Shown: piece after piece, positions 13,695 to 27,640 of the stretch
Layout of the letters: each line of letters opens with the position of its first letter
How positions within the stretch are numbered: position 1 is the first letter of the stretch
The notes under the pieces: generated by a model
What the model was told of the DNA's origin: nothing
The model's input: the letters and a program-made list of their open reading frames with translations, nothing else
Database searches by the model: none
From: Lytechinus pictus
Taxonomy: Eukaryota
DNA: 64,000 nt
Reading direction: 5' to 3'
Assembly (NCBI RefSeq): GCF_037042905.1
Contig: NC_087263.1
Coordinates: 12,960,001 to 13,024,000, forward strand
Position numbers and translations under genes: made by a program

Positions 13695-14370
13695 ACTTGC
13701 AGATATTCTGATAGTCTTGAAAAGACCACACGCTCAAGGATCTTGGATAAAAAGGGAGGTTTGACACAGGTCAATAATTCTGAAGACCTTCAGCATCTAG
13801 GGGAGGCTTCTTAAAGACTGGGTGGATGTAAGCTAGCTTCAGTGAACGTGGAACTGATGTCTGCTGAATACTCCGGTTGACAATGCTGGCTATGATAGGT
13901 GCGAAAACCTGGGCACAATTCTGCACTAAGGCAAAAGGAATTGGATCCAAGTCGCAGGACTTTGGTGGCATATTGCGAAAAATTGAGTCTTTCAATCTCA
14001 GCTGATGTCGTAGCTTCAAACATAGCAGAGATGCAGACGTTTTCACAGATAAAGACCGCGTGACGTATGTAGACTAGCTGCTACAAATCTTACTTGTCTT
14101 TGACTGAAAGAACTTCATGAAGAGCTGTACCAAACTTTCACCATCGACATGAGCTGGAAGAGGTGAAGTCTTCTTGCGACTTAGCAGATGATTAGCCACA
14201 CTGATTAGTGGTTCGTTCCTTGGTTCCACAATCTTCAATGAGACTGACATAGTAATTACATTTTTCTTTTCGAACAAGGGAGTTGACAACCATTCTTTGA
14301 TTGCAGTACAGATGCCGATCAATTTCTAACTTGCCTTTGTGATCACCACATCCGCTCAGCCTGTCGACAG
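13695..14370 (-). mobile_element. Frameshifted non-LTR retrotransposon (CR1/L2-like) ORF2 fragment
   Basis: KSCDLDPIP...IVNRS...VPRSLKLAYIHPVFKKPPLD...NY, then after a frameshift PFLSKILERVVFSRLSEYL (RT domains 0-2). Confidence 0.85.
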
Positions 14371-14771
14371 TTACGCTTTGTGAGGACATTTTTATCAGTG
14401 TTGCCAGGTCCGAGTCGAAGAAAATCCCCAAAAGGCACTAAAAAAATCCCCAAATTGGACCCCAAATCCCCAGATTTTTCAAATCACAATAATTTCTTAA
14501 AAAGTGAGGTCATTTATCCTGCCAGGTTATTGCCAAAAACTAGTAATATGTGTTTCTTTGTTCACACCATACTACACAGCAAATTATTATTATTTTTTTT
14601 TTTTTTTAGGTTTCGATGCAAAGTAGATTGGCAACACTACCATTGTATCGTTATATTTGTATTGTTATATTATATATGAAATAGCTTTTCTTCACTAAAA
14701 TATGAAACAAGGCTTGATTCTTCCCTGAGCATATTGAATTGCCATTGTTGAAACCTGCCTGTTGTAGTATA

Positions 14772-15190
14772 TGTTGGCTCAGTCGGTAAAGCGTCTGCCC
14801 ATCGAACCAAAGATCGTGGGTTCGAGTCCGCCCCGGGCGAATGACTGAAGCCAGTGCGTTGTGTGTAAACGTCTCTCCCCTGTTTCATAGATGCAGGCTA
14901 TGTTACAGTGGAAAACACTCCGTCCCTCGGATAGGACGTTAAAAGGAGGCCCCGTGTAGAGGAGAATCACCGCCTTTGCACATTAAAAACCCACTGCCTA
15001 TTTGAATAAGAGTAGGGGGAAACCACGGTGTAGTGGTCCACCTGCATTCCCCCGATCAGTTATATCGGGAGGAGAGACATGCGGGTCACAGTTCTGTGTG
15101 CGCGCCCTTCTAGGCGACCCAGATTGGCTGGCTCCTCCAAAAATGCGACTTTGAATGTCTTTGACAGATATAAAATGCTTTACCTCATCA
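14772..15190 (+). mobile_element. tRNA-derived SINE with Deu-domain-like core
   Basis: TGGCTCAGTCGGT and GGTTCGAGTCC boxes, then TCGGATAGGACGTTAAAAGGAGGCCCCGTG...AAGAGTAGGGG, which resembles the DeuSINE central domain. Confidence 0.68.
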
Positions 15191-15545
15191 TTCATATCCA
15201 CCTTGATAGGTGCTCAAGGCGCTCCTATATTACCTCGGCTAAGCTAAGCTACCTATTCCGGTGCTTACAGCTTATTGAGGAATTGCTTCCTGCATTTACC
15301 TCACCTGGGTTGAGTGCAGCACATTGTGGATCAATTTCTTGGTGAAGGAAGCTTCGCATTGGCTGTGATGCGAACCCACGACCATCTGCTTCACAGTCCG
15401 GAGACTAATCTAGTAGAAAAACATCGGAGAATCTCCACGTAGTGCCTACGTTGACACTTTATTCAATCCCGTAAAGATTTTAGATATAAAGTCACAACTT
15501 GGAGTTACTTTCATCCATACACAGTACTTCAAGCTAACGCCAATA

Positions 15546-16137
15546 CCCGGGGGGGGGGGCACTTACATTGACGAGTGGATACCATGCGCGACCAAAAAAC
15601 ACGTAAAAGGGTGTCTTTTTCAAGAAAGGGCACGTTACATACGTAACGTAATAAGTTTGTCAAAAACACTAAAATAATGAAAAAAGGGTATCTATTTTCG
15701 CTAGAAGAGCTACGTGTTCAGGGTCAAATTTGCGAGGGTATAGAAAAATAGGACTAAAATGTTTTGTAAAGGATGTACTTTTTGCCCCAACAGTCAACAC
15801 TACGTCGTGTTTAGAGTATGATTTACGCGAGGCCTTGGCGGGGGTGTGGGAGGTGGGGCCGTACTAAACCCATTGATGTAGTTAAAGGTAAAACCGACGT
15901 CCGTGACATAACAATTAAAATATCGCTGTACTTGTTTAGGGGTTCAATTCAGGGAATACTTGCCTAGAGTATCGTTTTGTTTCCAATACTTGTTAAGGGT
16001 AAGGTTTCACACGACAATACTTGTTAAGGGGTGCATTTTCAGAATATGGAAAATACTTGTTTAGGGTGCTTTTTGAGACCCCATGGTCGCGCATGGTATC
16101 CACTCGTCAATGGAAGTGCCCCCCCCCCCCCCCCGGG
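15546..16137. mobile_element. MITE with ~45-bp TIRs and 8-bp TSD
   Basis: CCCGGGG..GCACTTACATTGACGAGTGGATACCATGCGCGACCA and its inverse at the right end; TSD CGCCAATA/CGCCAAAA. Confidence 0.82.
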
Positions 16138-16149
16138 CGCCAAAACCTA

Positions 16150-16373
16150 CACACTTAAAATGTTGGGCAACATTCTCTCCACTCTGTTTGGTAATGTATG
16201 TTGGTAAAGAGTATCTATATTCTGGGCAGTTATTATCCAATTGAGCAAATTTATAACCCAATTATTAGTTTTATTTCCCGATTTGGCAGATTTTAACCAA
16301 TAGTTGGGTGGACAGTATGTTGACCACGGTTGGTTAAAAGATGGACATTTTTTGCCCAACTATTTTAAGAGTG
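16150..16373. mobile_element. TA-flanked MITE
   Basis: TA|CACACTTAAAATGTTGGGCAA...TTGCCCAACTATTTTAAGAGTG|TA. Confidence 0.72.
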
Positions 16374-16641
16374 TAAAAGGGTGATCATTCCAAATCAGCA
16401 TGATCATTTCAATGAACAAGAGGTGTAGATTAATCGTTGATGATCGTTTCATACATTACTTTGACATTTTTCATATTAAACTGTACATAAAATCAATTCA
16501 CATTTCTATTCTATTTCTGTTTTTTATTTTATATAATTTGTATTAAAGCGTCATGAGCACCAATAGTGGACCTGTGCACTATATAAGTAGCCACTAGTGT
16601 TATTATTGGACCATTTCTAGATTTTAAAGATCTGGTGATCT

Positions 16642-16795
16642 GGGGCCCGTTTCATAAAGAGTTACAACTGTTGTAACTTTGTCATTATGGCAACTACCAT
16701 GGTAACAGGGCACAGCAACCAATCAAAATCAAGGTTACCATGGTAGTTGCCATTATGGCCAAATTACAAGTGTAACTCTTTATGAAACGGGCCCC
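16642..16795. mobile_element. Palindromic PIF/Harbinger-like MITE (related termini at ~55417-55577, 56977-57151)
   Basis: GGGGCCCGTTTCATAAAGAGTTACA...TGTAACTCTTTATGAAACGGGCCCC. Confidence 0.72.
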
Positions 16796-19419
16796 CGGTG
16801 TGATTCAACAGAAAAAAGAATTCTGTATACTTTATCTATGATTAACTTTTGGCAAATCATCGACGATTCTCGCTAACGGTTTTCTTTTCGTAACGCTCTG
16901 CAGTCATGAGAGTCATGTTTTGTAAGAAGAATCATGATATATTACAAGTAAAAATTATTCTGACAGTCACTATTTTTTCTTCTTTACTGGGCACTTGCTT
17001 ATGAATGTTAGGAAGGCCAACGATGCATATTTTCCCAGAAAAGCGTCACTTTACGAACCGAGGACAACGGTGAGCCTTCGGGTTCAAGAATGCTGGCATA
17101 GTTCTCATGTCTGTCGAGTATACTTACTGAAGGTCAAGCATGCAGAGCAATTCGAGGAAACAGTTCAGCTGATGGCGTCATATCTTAGTAAACATGAACA
17201 AACGTGTATTAAATATATCCTGTTTATGTGCATGTGTCGTGACGTCCCAAAGTATGCTTATAAATATATTTTTTTCTTTTTTAACAAAGGAATCAAGAAA
17301 TATATCATGTCACGAGATAAAATGAAATCGTGCTGTCATAACGACTAATGTGGTTGCAAGGGTCAATAGCGAGTTTTTGCATATTGCAACGGGGACGAAT
17401 TCTACATCAAAGTACATCTAGTGAAATGTCCGTCAAATCATATTAAACAGCTTAGAGGTCTTTGTCGAAAATTGGAGAACAGGAACAGCGGATCGACCTA
17501 CGATTCGGAGCTGACGAAAAAATTGCAAATATGTCGTTTGTCCAGAGTCCATGACGACACGGATGTTTTGATTCACCGATTTTCAACAAAGATTTCTTTG
17601 TCATGAAGGGCTTTTGACAATAGATTCTATGTTCCCGAAAGCGTCTGCGTAGTGGTTGTGAATACTCCCTATTTACAATTCGATGGGATTATAGACACGT
17701 GATTTTTGGAATAGTACAATACTTACATCAGGCACAAATTTGGGCGAGAATGTCACTGTGAATTAAAGAAAATAAACCTCCAAAATATTGTATTCATTGA
17801 TTCATTTCAGTGTAGTTGCGAATGCCGTTGATTTGCCAATTTTTAGCTTAGTTACAATGTTAATAAACAAAACATTTTACAGAAAAATAACTCAATTATT
17901 TTGTCAGTTGTTATAAAAGGATATTTTTGCGATTTATCAAAACAGGTCTGCCATTGAAAAATACACAGTAGGTCTGTATTAAAAGCTAAAGAGAGAATTT
18001 GTATTAAAAGATGTGTTAGGTTCCATTCACCAAAGAGATATTTACAGTAATTTTACACAATGTATGTAAGATTACAGAGTGCAATAAGATTACATGTGTT
18101 CTCGAGACTTTGCTTCAGGAACTTTTACTAAAAATTTAGAGAAATTGTTTTTTAAATCGTGATTCTACTTTCATATAAAGGCACTTACCATATTAATTCA
18201 TTCACGTTATGTAGTTAATTTTATTTAATACATGCATTGTGTGCAGTGTTGAATATTTTCATTTATGTATTGTGAATTTCCACAAAAAATATTACGACGT
18301 ATTTAAAAGGCTAGTTCACCACAACAAGAACCGGATTTTAATAAATAAAGCAAAATCAAACAAAAATGATGCTGATAATTGTATCGAAATTGTATGTAAA
18401 ATAAGAAATGTATAACATTCTAATTTTTTTCACGGAACATTGATATGCAATCGAGTGATTTCTCTGATATCACTCACTATTCATTTCTATTTTATTATTT
18501 TTAAAGAGATTTATATAGATCTGAAAATGAGGAAGCATCTTCGTGAATTAAAAAAAAAGGTTGCATAATTGATAATCCCACATATTCACTGAGGTATCAA
18601 ACTTTGTTTCACATCAAAATGAAACATTATAGAATGCAAATGAAAATTGTGAGTGATTGGTGTCATCTTTTCCCTTTAATAGTTGCATCGCGCAGGATGT
18701 GGACGTAACTGTTATGTGAAATGAAGTCGAAATTTAAATATTCGTATTTTGTTTATTTTACCCTCCGATTCTGATAAAATTTTCAGCAGTATGCGAGAAT
18801 CATTATTCTAATCTAATACAAATTAACTTTTTGCAAGGGTGGACTTGTCCTTTACCGTTTATCCCCCTCAAAGTGGTTGAGTTATAAATTACTGAAGACT
18901 TCTAAGGAAAATATACTTAGTCGTTATGAACTATTACAATATTGTTTTTTTTTGCCGTTCTATTTTTTGGAAAGCAATAGTGAGAATGCCAGAAGGCAGA
19001 TTAATCACTAGGTTTTGGTTTTGAAAAATAGGGAGGGACGGATTACCCGGAAACTAATTAAGCTTGATGAATTCGGAGCAAATTAATAATGCTAATGAAT
19101 TCAAAATATTATTTGTAATGTTATAGCACAAATAATATTCACTTCTGGAGAATGACGTGTGCCCCACACCCATATCCCCGTTTTCTCCTTACGTAAGCCA
19201 TATACGTGCGTGCTGTGCGTGTGTGTCTGTCTGTGAGTGTACGTCTAAAGTGAGGGTGGGGGTGCTTGGCGGGTGTGGGTGTGTATTTATTGTGTGGGTG
19301 AATAATAATATGCATTTATGGAGAGTGACATCCCCTCACACAAATCCCCTCTGTCATTCTGTGTAAGCCATTTGCAGTCGGGCTGTGTGTGTGAGTGAGG
19401 GTGGTGGGCGGTGAGGGTG

Positions 19420-19695
19420 TGTATGACTCAGTTGGTAGAGCGTCCGTCTCACAACCGGGAGGTCGGGGGTTCAAACCCCGGCCGCGTCAGACCAAAAGAC
19501 GTTAAAAGATGGGAGTTGCTGCTACCCTGTTTGGCGTTCAACGATTAAAGGGATAGAGCCTCGTCGATCTGGCGCTGCACAGCGGCTGCCGGGCCCACGA
19601 TCAATTGGGCAAAGCAAATTTTCGGAGTATTTCATTTCATGTCTATTTCGAACAATAAATTATGGATTTATCATTTTATCGGATTTATCATTTTA
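19420..19695 (+). mobile_element. tRNA-derived SINE family 2 (second copy 41708-41965)
   Basis: TGACTCAGTTGGTAGAGC and GGTTCAAACCC boxes; body AAAGACGTTAAAAGATGGGAGTTGCTGCTACC is shared with the 41.7-kb copy. Confidence 0.85.
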
Positions 19696-21578
19696 TGAAT
19701 TGTGTGGGTGAATGATAATATGCCCTTCTGGAGAGTAAGCCCCCCCCCCCCACAAACACACACACACGCACACAAACTATCATTCTGCGTAAGCTATATG
19801 CGTACGGATTGTGTGTGCATGTGTGAGAGTGTGTGCGCTAGCGTGGGTGTGTATGGATTGTATGGCTGAATGAGGGGTGCTTCATACACATTCATTCATC
19901 GACCCTACACTCAATATCACATTCATTAATCCTGCGGATAAATAAAGCACCGCAAAATCAATTCTTGATATTCTTCACGCACCAACAAGGGATGAAATCA
20001 AATACAAGCAACACACACGCACGCGTTCACCCACTTGCACCGACCCACACTAGATAGTATAACAAGAAAGGCCTCCACTATCGCGTGCCTGCGTGTGCGA
20101 TGAATAACAAACATTTCTGTCATGCTGATACAAGGAAGCATTTCACAAAACGACTTGTCGCATATTTTATCCGACATAGTAAGTTTTATCCGACTGTACT
20201 GCTCAGCCAATCAGAATCAAAGGAAATTGTCAGATCTTAATTTTTTTCAGACGATTATGTTGGTGAAACCCTTTCTAAACATAATGATGTAATAAAACAC
20301 ATTGGGAAACTTTAGAAAAAAATGAATATAAGTTTTTTTATGCGTGTGTGATAAACTCATCTTGATTTATTTTTAATGTTCCTGCCCGCCCCTACTTCGG
20401 CTACAAATTCTTTATCTGCTGCCATACATACGACAACCATTTTGTTAACTTGCTGTTGTGGACATGCTCTTGTAATCATACCATCCTCCACCCCCCCCCC
20501 CCCACACACACGCACCCCCACACTAAATAATCTCGATTTTTCACCATTTCTATCGAGGCTACGAAAATGCGCAAAAACAGGAGTTCCTTTTCCTAGGACA
20601 TGTGGGAAGCCATCGTTTTGGATCAGTTATTCCAATATGCTGTGGTAAAAGTAATGTCATGAATTTCAATTGTCAATAATCATCAGAAAGCTGACTTCCT
20701 TCAGTGGTTTGAAAAAAAATGATTGGGGGGTTGCTGCTGCCATTCTTGAGAAGAATATTTCACTGTCTTTACTGTCTTTACAGCTTTAAAACAAATATGA
20801 ACCAATAGCGCCATCTCGAGTCCTCAACTACTCATACCTGGCCAGTTTTCTGACCCATAATGCAAGTGAAGTCTGGTAATGTAGACCCACTTGAATGATA
20901 ACATGCTAATTAACTACTCAATATATTAATTACTTTTCCTCTAAAAACATTTTAGTTTCTCTATACAAATACAATTAAAGGTAAATTTATTCTCTGTAGT
21001 ATTAGTAGATATCTGAAAACGTATATTTTAAGACTATGTATTTATAACACACAGTCAATGAGAGACTGCACGCAGTTCACTCCCCCTATAAAAAAATCTC
21101 TGACCTTTGTAGGACATTCCCCTTCGCCCACCAGATTGTCAATATATATAATACAGAAATAAGTGATCGATGAATACATAAATGAACGATTTATTATGTT
21201 TAGATTTAATTATAAAACGGATGCTCCAGGCTGAAAATATTTATATCGCAATAAATAGAGTAAAATTTCAACAAACAAAATGCTGAAAGTTTGATCAAAA
21301 TCGGAAAAAAAATTACGAAAACACCTTTGTGAATTTAGGCCATTATGATTCTGACTGGTAACCTAGGGAATGTTTCATATCGTTCACAAGTTAAATTCAA
21401 GGGTTCAAATTTGAAATATGATCTTTCGAGATTTTAATTCAGGTGGTTAATCGCGAACCTGTTTGCATTTTTTTCTGTTACATCTCCCCACTTCCTTATT
21501 TTTCGTCTGTGCCTGTCTTTCTTTGTTTTCTTCTTTCTTTTAATCTTTCGTTTGTTTTTAACCACTTTATTTGGTTAA

Positions 21579-22178
21579 AGGGATGGTCCAGGCTGAAAAT
21601 ATTTATATCTATATAAATAGACTAAAATTCACAAAGCAAAATGCTGAAAAGTTCATCAAAATCGAATAACAAATAACGAAGTTATCGAAGTTTAAAGTTT
21701 ATCAATATTTTGTGAAAAAAGGTTATATGCACATCGTCAAAAAAAAAATATTCATAATGCCATATCCCCACTTTCCTTTTTCTTATGATATTACATGAAA
21801 TCATGATTGTTTCATGATTTCATACATGTGTCTCCATCATAATGAAATAAGATGCGGCAATAAATAACCAATGCACTTAATCAGTTGTCAATCCAATTGT
21901 TTTAGTTCTTGGTAGGAAAATTTTGAATAAACCTTATTTCATATAATAAAATACAAAAGAGCAAGTGTGGATATGACATCATCATCCCACCTAGTGAATA
22001 TTCAAGAAGACATGCCTAGAACTGTTTCATCGGAATAATGCAACTCTTTAAAATTCAAATAACTTATTTGTTATCCGATTTTGACCAACTTTTCAGCAAT
22101 TTGCTCTGTGAATTTTACTCTATATTTACTATATTACTCTATATTCAGATATAAATATCTTCAGCCCGGAGCATTCGT
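21579..22178. mobile_element. Kolobok/T2-type MITE (family A), right end degenerate
   Basis: Starts TTAA|AGGGATGGTCCAGGCTG; reverse-complement match to the copies at 11389 and 59730. Confidence 0.85.
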
Positions 22179-22200
22179 AAATAATCAGCATAATCAGCAT

Positions 22201-22470
22201 GTGGAGCGTTGTGGCCCAGTGGATTAGTCTTCGGACTTTGAAACAGAGGGTCGTGGGTTCGAATCCCAGCCATGGCGTAATTTCCTTCAGCAAGAAACTG
22301 ATCCACAATGTGCTGCACTCAACCCAGGTGAGGTAAATGGGTACCGGTAGGAAGTAATTCCTTAAAAAGCTGTGTGCGCTATGAACGCCTAGCTTAGCCG
22401 GGTAATATAGGAGCGCCTTGAGCACCTAACAAGGTGGATATGTGCGCAATATAAATACCCTATATTATTA
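22201..22470 (+). mobile_element. tRNA-derived SINE family 1 (copies: 9815-10060 -, 15200-15415 -, 36944-37195 +, 53360-53640 +; more distant 23030-23310 -, 2930-3056 -)
   Basis: A box TGGCCCAGTGG, B box GGTTCGAATCC, shared core TGCTGCACTCRACCCAGGTGAGGT-AATGGGTACC, and (ATT)n tail. Confidence 0.88.
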
Positions 22471-23623
22471 TAAATGATATTTCTAAGGATTTGGTGTACA
22501 TGTATACGGTCACGGAGAATTAATATTTGAAGTGGCGCCGAAAAGCGTGAGAAGAAAAATATATTAGAGGAGAAAACAATTTTTAAAGTTTTTACCTAAA
22601 AAAAAATATGTGCTGAAAGGTTTCATTCTATCATCTGTTGTAAATATGATGTTTTACAAAAACATTGGCCGAAATCACTATTGAGTGCTTTCAAATTCAT
22701 ACTGGACGAAAACGCCGGGCAAATTGAATTTCATAAACTAATACTGTCTATTACATTTAATTTCAATTATATTATTTCATTGATGATATCTTTTTTGTCA
22801 CAGATATCGTGAAAATGTCTGCACGATTTGGGGGGAGGGTTATCTTCCATATAATCAATAAATACAAAGCACTTTAGACTTCAAGTGTGTGGTTGTGAAA
22901 AGCTTTCTAATCTTAATCGTTATCTTAAAAGTTCACTTATCGTTGACTCGTAACAGAATAAATGAACTATAATAATAATAATAATCATCATCATCTTCAT
23001 AATGGAACTACGTCTCGAAGCTCTTTGCAGATTACCTCGGTCATCGGATCTTGGCATGCGCGCGTACAATGTATGCACCTTCTCCACTCCCTGGGGAGCA
23101 TTCCAACAAGAGTTCCAATACTCAATTGTTAGGCATACGATACCCTATAGGCTTTCGCATCCTACCGGGTAACCATTTAGCACCTGGGAGGAGAATGGAA
23201 AATTGTGGATTGACGCCTTGCCAAAGGAGGCTAGACCATGATGGAATTCGAACACACGACCCTCTGATTACAAGGCGAGAGTTAGAACCACTACCCCACC
23301 ACGCTTCCACTGTATGTATGAACTGTGTGATACTTCATTATTTTCATATCATGTTTATTTGTGAACCCACATGTAGAATATAGGGCCTAGCACGCATCCC
23401 TCTTTGAAAGAACATTGTCCCTCCACAGTGTGACCCTCAGTGAACCGCATAGCAGAATACAAACACACACAAAACAATTCACCTTCATGCTGTTAATTTT
23501 GAGTGAAGAGTGTGAATCATTTTTGTTTTGTACCTAGTACGGAAATGTGCTTTATCCGGGTAAATAGTGGGACATACATGTACCCATGACTCCACTGCAT
23601 GAACACACTGTGAGCGCACCCTA

Positions 23624-23789
23624 CACTGTAAAAAATAAAGTGCTAATTTAGCACTTACAGTGCTTGTATAGTGACTGCACTACGAGTGCTGATTTTCTAG
23701 TTTAAATTTGAACTAGAAAATCAGCACTCGTAGTGCAGTCACTATACAAGCACTGTAAGTGCTATATTAGCACTTCACTTTTTACAGTG
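23624..23789. mobile_element. Near-perfect palindromic MITE (CACTG termini)
   Basis: TA|CACTGTAAAAA...TTTTTACAGTG|TA. The whole 166 bp is self-complementary around TTTAAATTTGAA. Confidence 0.85.
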
Positions 23790-25312
23790 TAAACAAAACT
23801 GTATGGCACTGTGTTCTTTCAATTAGGGATACCTCTCACATGTCAAGTGTAATTTGCGTAAGTGTTGCTCGGTAAAATCGGAAACGTGGATTATTGAGGC
23901 AAATAATGGGGACACACCCCTCTAAGGTAAAACATGCTCGAGACAAGATGCGTGAAATAGATTAATCGCTTTGAGTAGGAAGAGAAAGGAACTTAATCAG
24001 AGGAATTATCGCTCACGACGCTAGGTCAGATACTAACGAGGGATTCTTCCCCAATCCTATTCACCAAAGGCAAAGAAAAGACTCCTGTCGATGTTCCGGG
24101 GGGTGTTGCGACATCTCAAGGCCCTGCAGAGAGTCCAAAAGTTAGTTCATCCCGTCTTACAAATTTCCCACCGAGGGGATTTAATCGACACCATGAAGCA
24201 GAAAAGAGATTGGCCAATCTAAAGAGTTCTAATGCATTTGTTGTCCACGATACAATCAATCACTAAGTGGCGTCAGTCTCTGCAGTGTGACGTTCTCTTC
24301 CCTCAATCCTACGACTGGGAATCTTCCTCGACGTGATTGGCCAGTCCTCAATTTCCGGCCTTAAAATATTTTGAACGTGCAGACCATTAAAATGACACTG
24401 ACTTTCTTTTAAATGTAGCATTATTTGGGGATTCTCTCTTTGTTTCGCATATATATATGGCTTTTATATTTAAAAGGATGACAACTAGTATAAAGATATT
24501 TCCGCCATTGTTGGTATACATCCCTGAATTAAGCTGGAAAATTTAATAAAATTTACACGGATTTTGACAGTATAAGACTGATCTAAACCCAGCGTTATGA
24601 TGGAATTAGGTCGTTTACTGAAACTGAACAGGTGCTGCCGGTGTTTCAGTGTGTACTTCGGGCATAGTTTTCAAGTAATTTGACTTAAATTTGTATGTCA
24701 TTTGTACAGTGCTTGCCAAAATATAACTGAGGGTTTTTCGTTCCAAGAGCGCTGTAAATGTATTTAAAATGCCCGTCAATAAATAGCTCGGTGGCCTTTG
24801 TCGAAAATTGGTGAGCCGGAATAGCAGTCTGTCTTAAATTTTGGAGCTGCCGAAAAATTGCAAATATGTCGTTTGTCCACAGTCTAGGAGAAAACTGCTG
24901 TTTCGACTTATCCATTCTCGCCAAAAACTTCTTGGTTGACATTGAAACTACAATTTAAAATACATTTTCTATGTTTTTTATCCGTTGTACATTGTGGAGC
25001 AGAAACTTTGTTAAGATAGTTTCAAATTCTAACGTCCATTTATTCCAGAACAGAAAATGGCGGGGTATCAATACTCTTTTTATCAATTTTTATAGCTAGT
25101 TATTTGTTTTTTCTGATGTCATTTTCGTTAAAAAGCTATCGTTGATTTGCAATCAAAATGAAACTGATACTTTTGGTGCTGCCACCGTGTGTGATGTCTA
25201 CCACGTCGTGGCGCTCTTTAACCTCTTTTTATTATTCGAGCAAAGTTAACTTTATTTGTTCTAATATTGTTCTAATATCTCGGTTTTTGTGTGTTTTAAT
25301 GCCTCTTATTAA

Positions 25313-25846
25313 AGGGGAATCCAGCCTTGGTCATAAAATGTTGTGTTTGAAGGGAGAAAAATAAATAAACAGAATTGTGAAAGTTTGAAAGAAAAAATAC
25401 AAGCAATAAGAAAGTTATGGCTGTTTTAAAATTGAGATCCCTACGACTACGTAGATTTCAATTTGACAACTGGGTAAGTAAATAATGCCAAGCGGCAAGG
25501 ACAACTTTCCCATAGGTCCGGTACTTAATTTTCAGGATTTTGTAGTTTTCATCTAAGTACATATTCCCATGGGGCAGTAATCAAAATATAAACCAGGTAG
25601 CAGGTAGGATGTCCTCATGAAAATAATATATAATTTTAAGTAAAACTTTTGAAAAGAAAATTAATTTTAGCCATTTTGTGTATTGGAGTACATGGAAGAG
25701 CAGTCCTTTCCTTACATCACTATGACATCACATATGCGGCCAATTTGAAGTGATTACCCATATTCACAACTTTTGTTCAAACTTTCACCTTAAACCATTT
25801 TTGTTTTTCCTATAAAAACAAGTCTTTGTTTGTGTTGGATTCCCCT
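25313..25846. mobile_element. Kolobok/T2-type MITE (family C)
   Basis: TTAA|AGGGGAATCCA...TGGATTCCCCT|TTAA. Confidence 0.8.
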
Positions 25847-27640
25847 TTAAATCATTTGGTGAAGTCGATGCTCAGCATTTGCTGGTCGACGGGAGGGGTG
25901 TACGTTAAAGGTACGTCAAAAAAACTCTACCTTACAGAGGGAGTGGAGCACCCCCCCCCCCCATCTTCTGCAGTGTATGGCCATTGAATGTAGGAGCAAG
26001 TGTTAAGTTGGCTTTCTATATTTGGGGCTATGTTTGCCGAACGTGTTGTGTTTCCACTTTATAATTTTCACTGAGCACCCGCATGTAGAAATTAAGCATA
26101 GATAATCTAGATCTAGATGTTAATGTGCTTTCGTCATGGTTATTAATGACATTGTAATCCAGCAATCCCTCTTTTTACCGAAGCAACATCACTTGCATTA
26201 AACTCCCTCTAATAAATAACTTTATTTAGAAAATGTTTCGGTGCTGATAACACATTTCATTTCCGGGGATAAGGGGCAAAGATAAAATCCCGTTGTTTTA
26301 TTGCATAAGTATTGAAAATGAGAGGGTGTGTGAACCGGGGGCTCAGGGGGCTTGAACCCGCCCCCTACCCTCATTCAGTTTTTCCAGAAAAAATATGCAA
26401 CAACGAAAGATCACATCTTATTCAGAAACACCAAAAGATACCAGAGATTTTTTTTTTTTCATGGTCATCCCCACCCCTGTCCCACTGTCGAAGCCGCCTC
26501 GTGGCCCCTGGATGGTAGTATTAGCCAAATGACACTGGTAGAAAATTTGTTATTATTCAAATTCAAATTCATTTATTTCACATCTGTAAAAAACATACAA
26601 GATACAATATATCGAGATCAATCAAAATGATTCCATAGTAAAGGAGTAATGAATATTGTAAAATGACAAATTAACAAAAATAACAAAATACATAGGGTAA
26701 TGAATGCGATGTGGGGGAATAGCAAAAGCCAAATAGACCTATCTAGGCTACTCCCTGATTAACATTCATTACCGAAAAAATACCATCCTGCAATCAATTG
26801 ATTAGATTGCAAGAAACACACATTTCAAAATAAACGAAATCAACAAACTAATGACAAATTTGAAAAGACAATGTCTTTCCTTCAAGTTATAGCAAACGAC
26901 AAACCCACGTGTGCTTACTTTATGTTCACAGATATCATTCGGTTATTGACTCTTCTTCATCGTTCAATTCAATTACAAATTATACAAAATATAGGAAATT
27001 GTTAACAAGCAAAAGTAAACATGAAAATAAAAATTGACTTTTTCAAAAACTATGTCAGATTTTTACCCGGGTGATTACAAACAGATCCCTTTCTTAACTA
27101 CATCAATTTTGTTTTAAGTTGAACCATCGAAAATGAAAGGAAATTCAAAAAGATGTACGTAGGTATACCCTGCATTTAAAGATAATCTACCTCATGCATT
27201 ACCCACATAATTAGAAAGTCCTTTAGTTAAATTTGATTTATTGCATCCTATCAGATATTACTTCCTTATTTCATCTGTTCAGCAACATATATCTCTGACT
27301 GAGTATTTTTCTTTAATGAAATATCATTATTAATATGAAAAGATTTATTCTATTTTTAATGTCATCATGTTCTTTCCGCCCCTGTATTCCTCCTACTACA
27401 ATTCTTTAAATAGCTGTTATCAAACCTGCTACAACTCGACTATAAATATCATGTCGAGATTGCCTTCGATTATGCCATTATGAATATAAATGCAAATTTG
27501 ATTAAAGAAGCTAGTACATGACGTTAAAATTTCAATTATGGCATACCTAACTGGAGCCACATGTGGAATTCAGTATCAAGTTTTTCACCCTTTATAATTG
27601 CATTTCTCATCGTAAATTGACTAATGACTATCTATTTGAA

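Noticed and set aside
19420..19490. Possible tRNA genes at SINE heads (also 14772, 22201, 41708, 53360)
   Set aside because: The cloverleaves are imperfect and run directly into shared SINE bodies and tails, so these are tRNA-derived SINEs.
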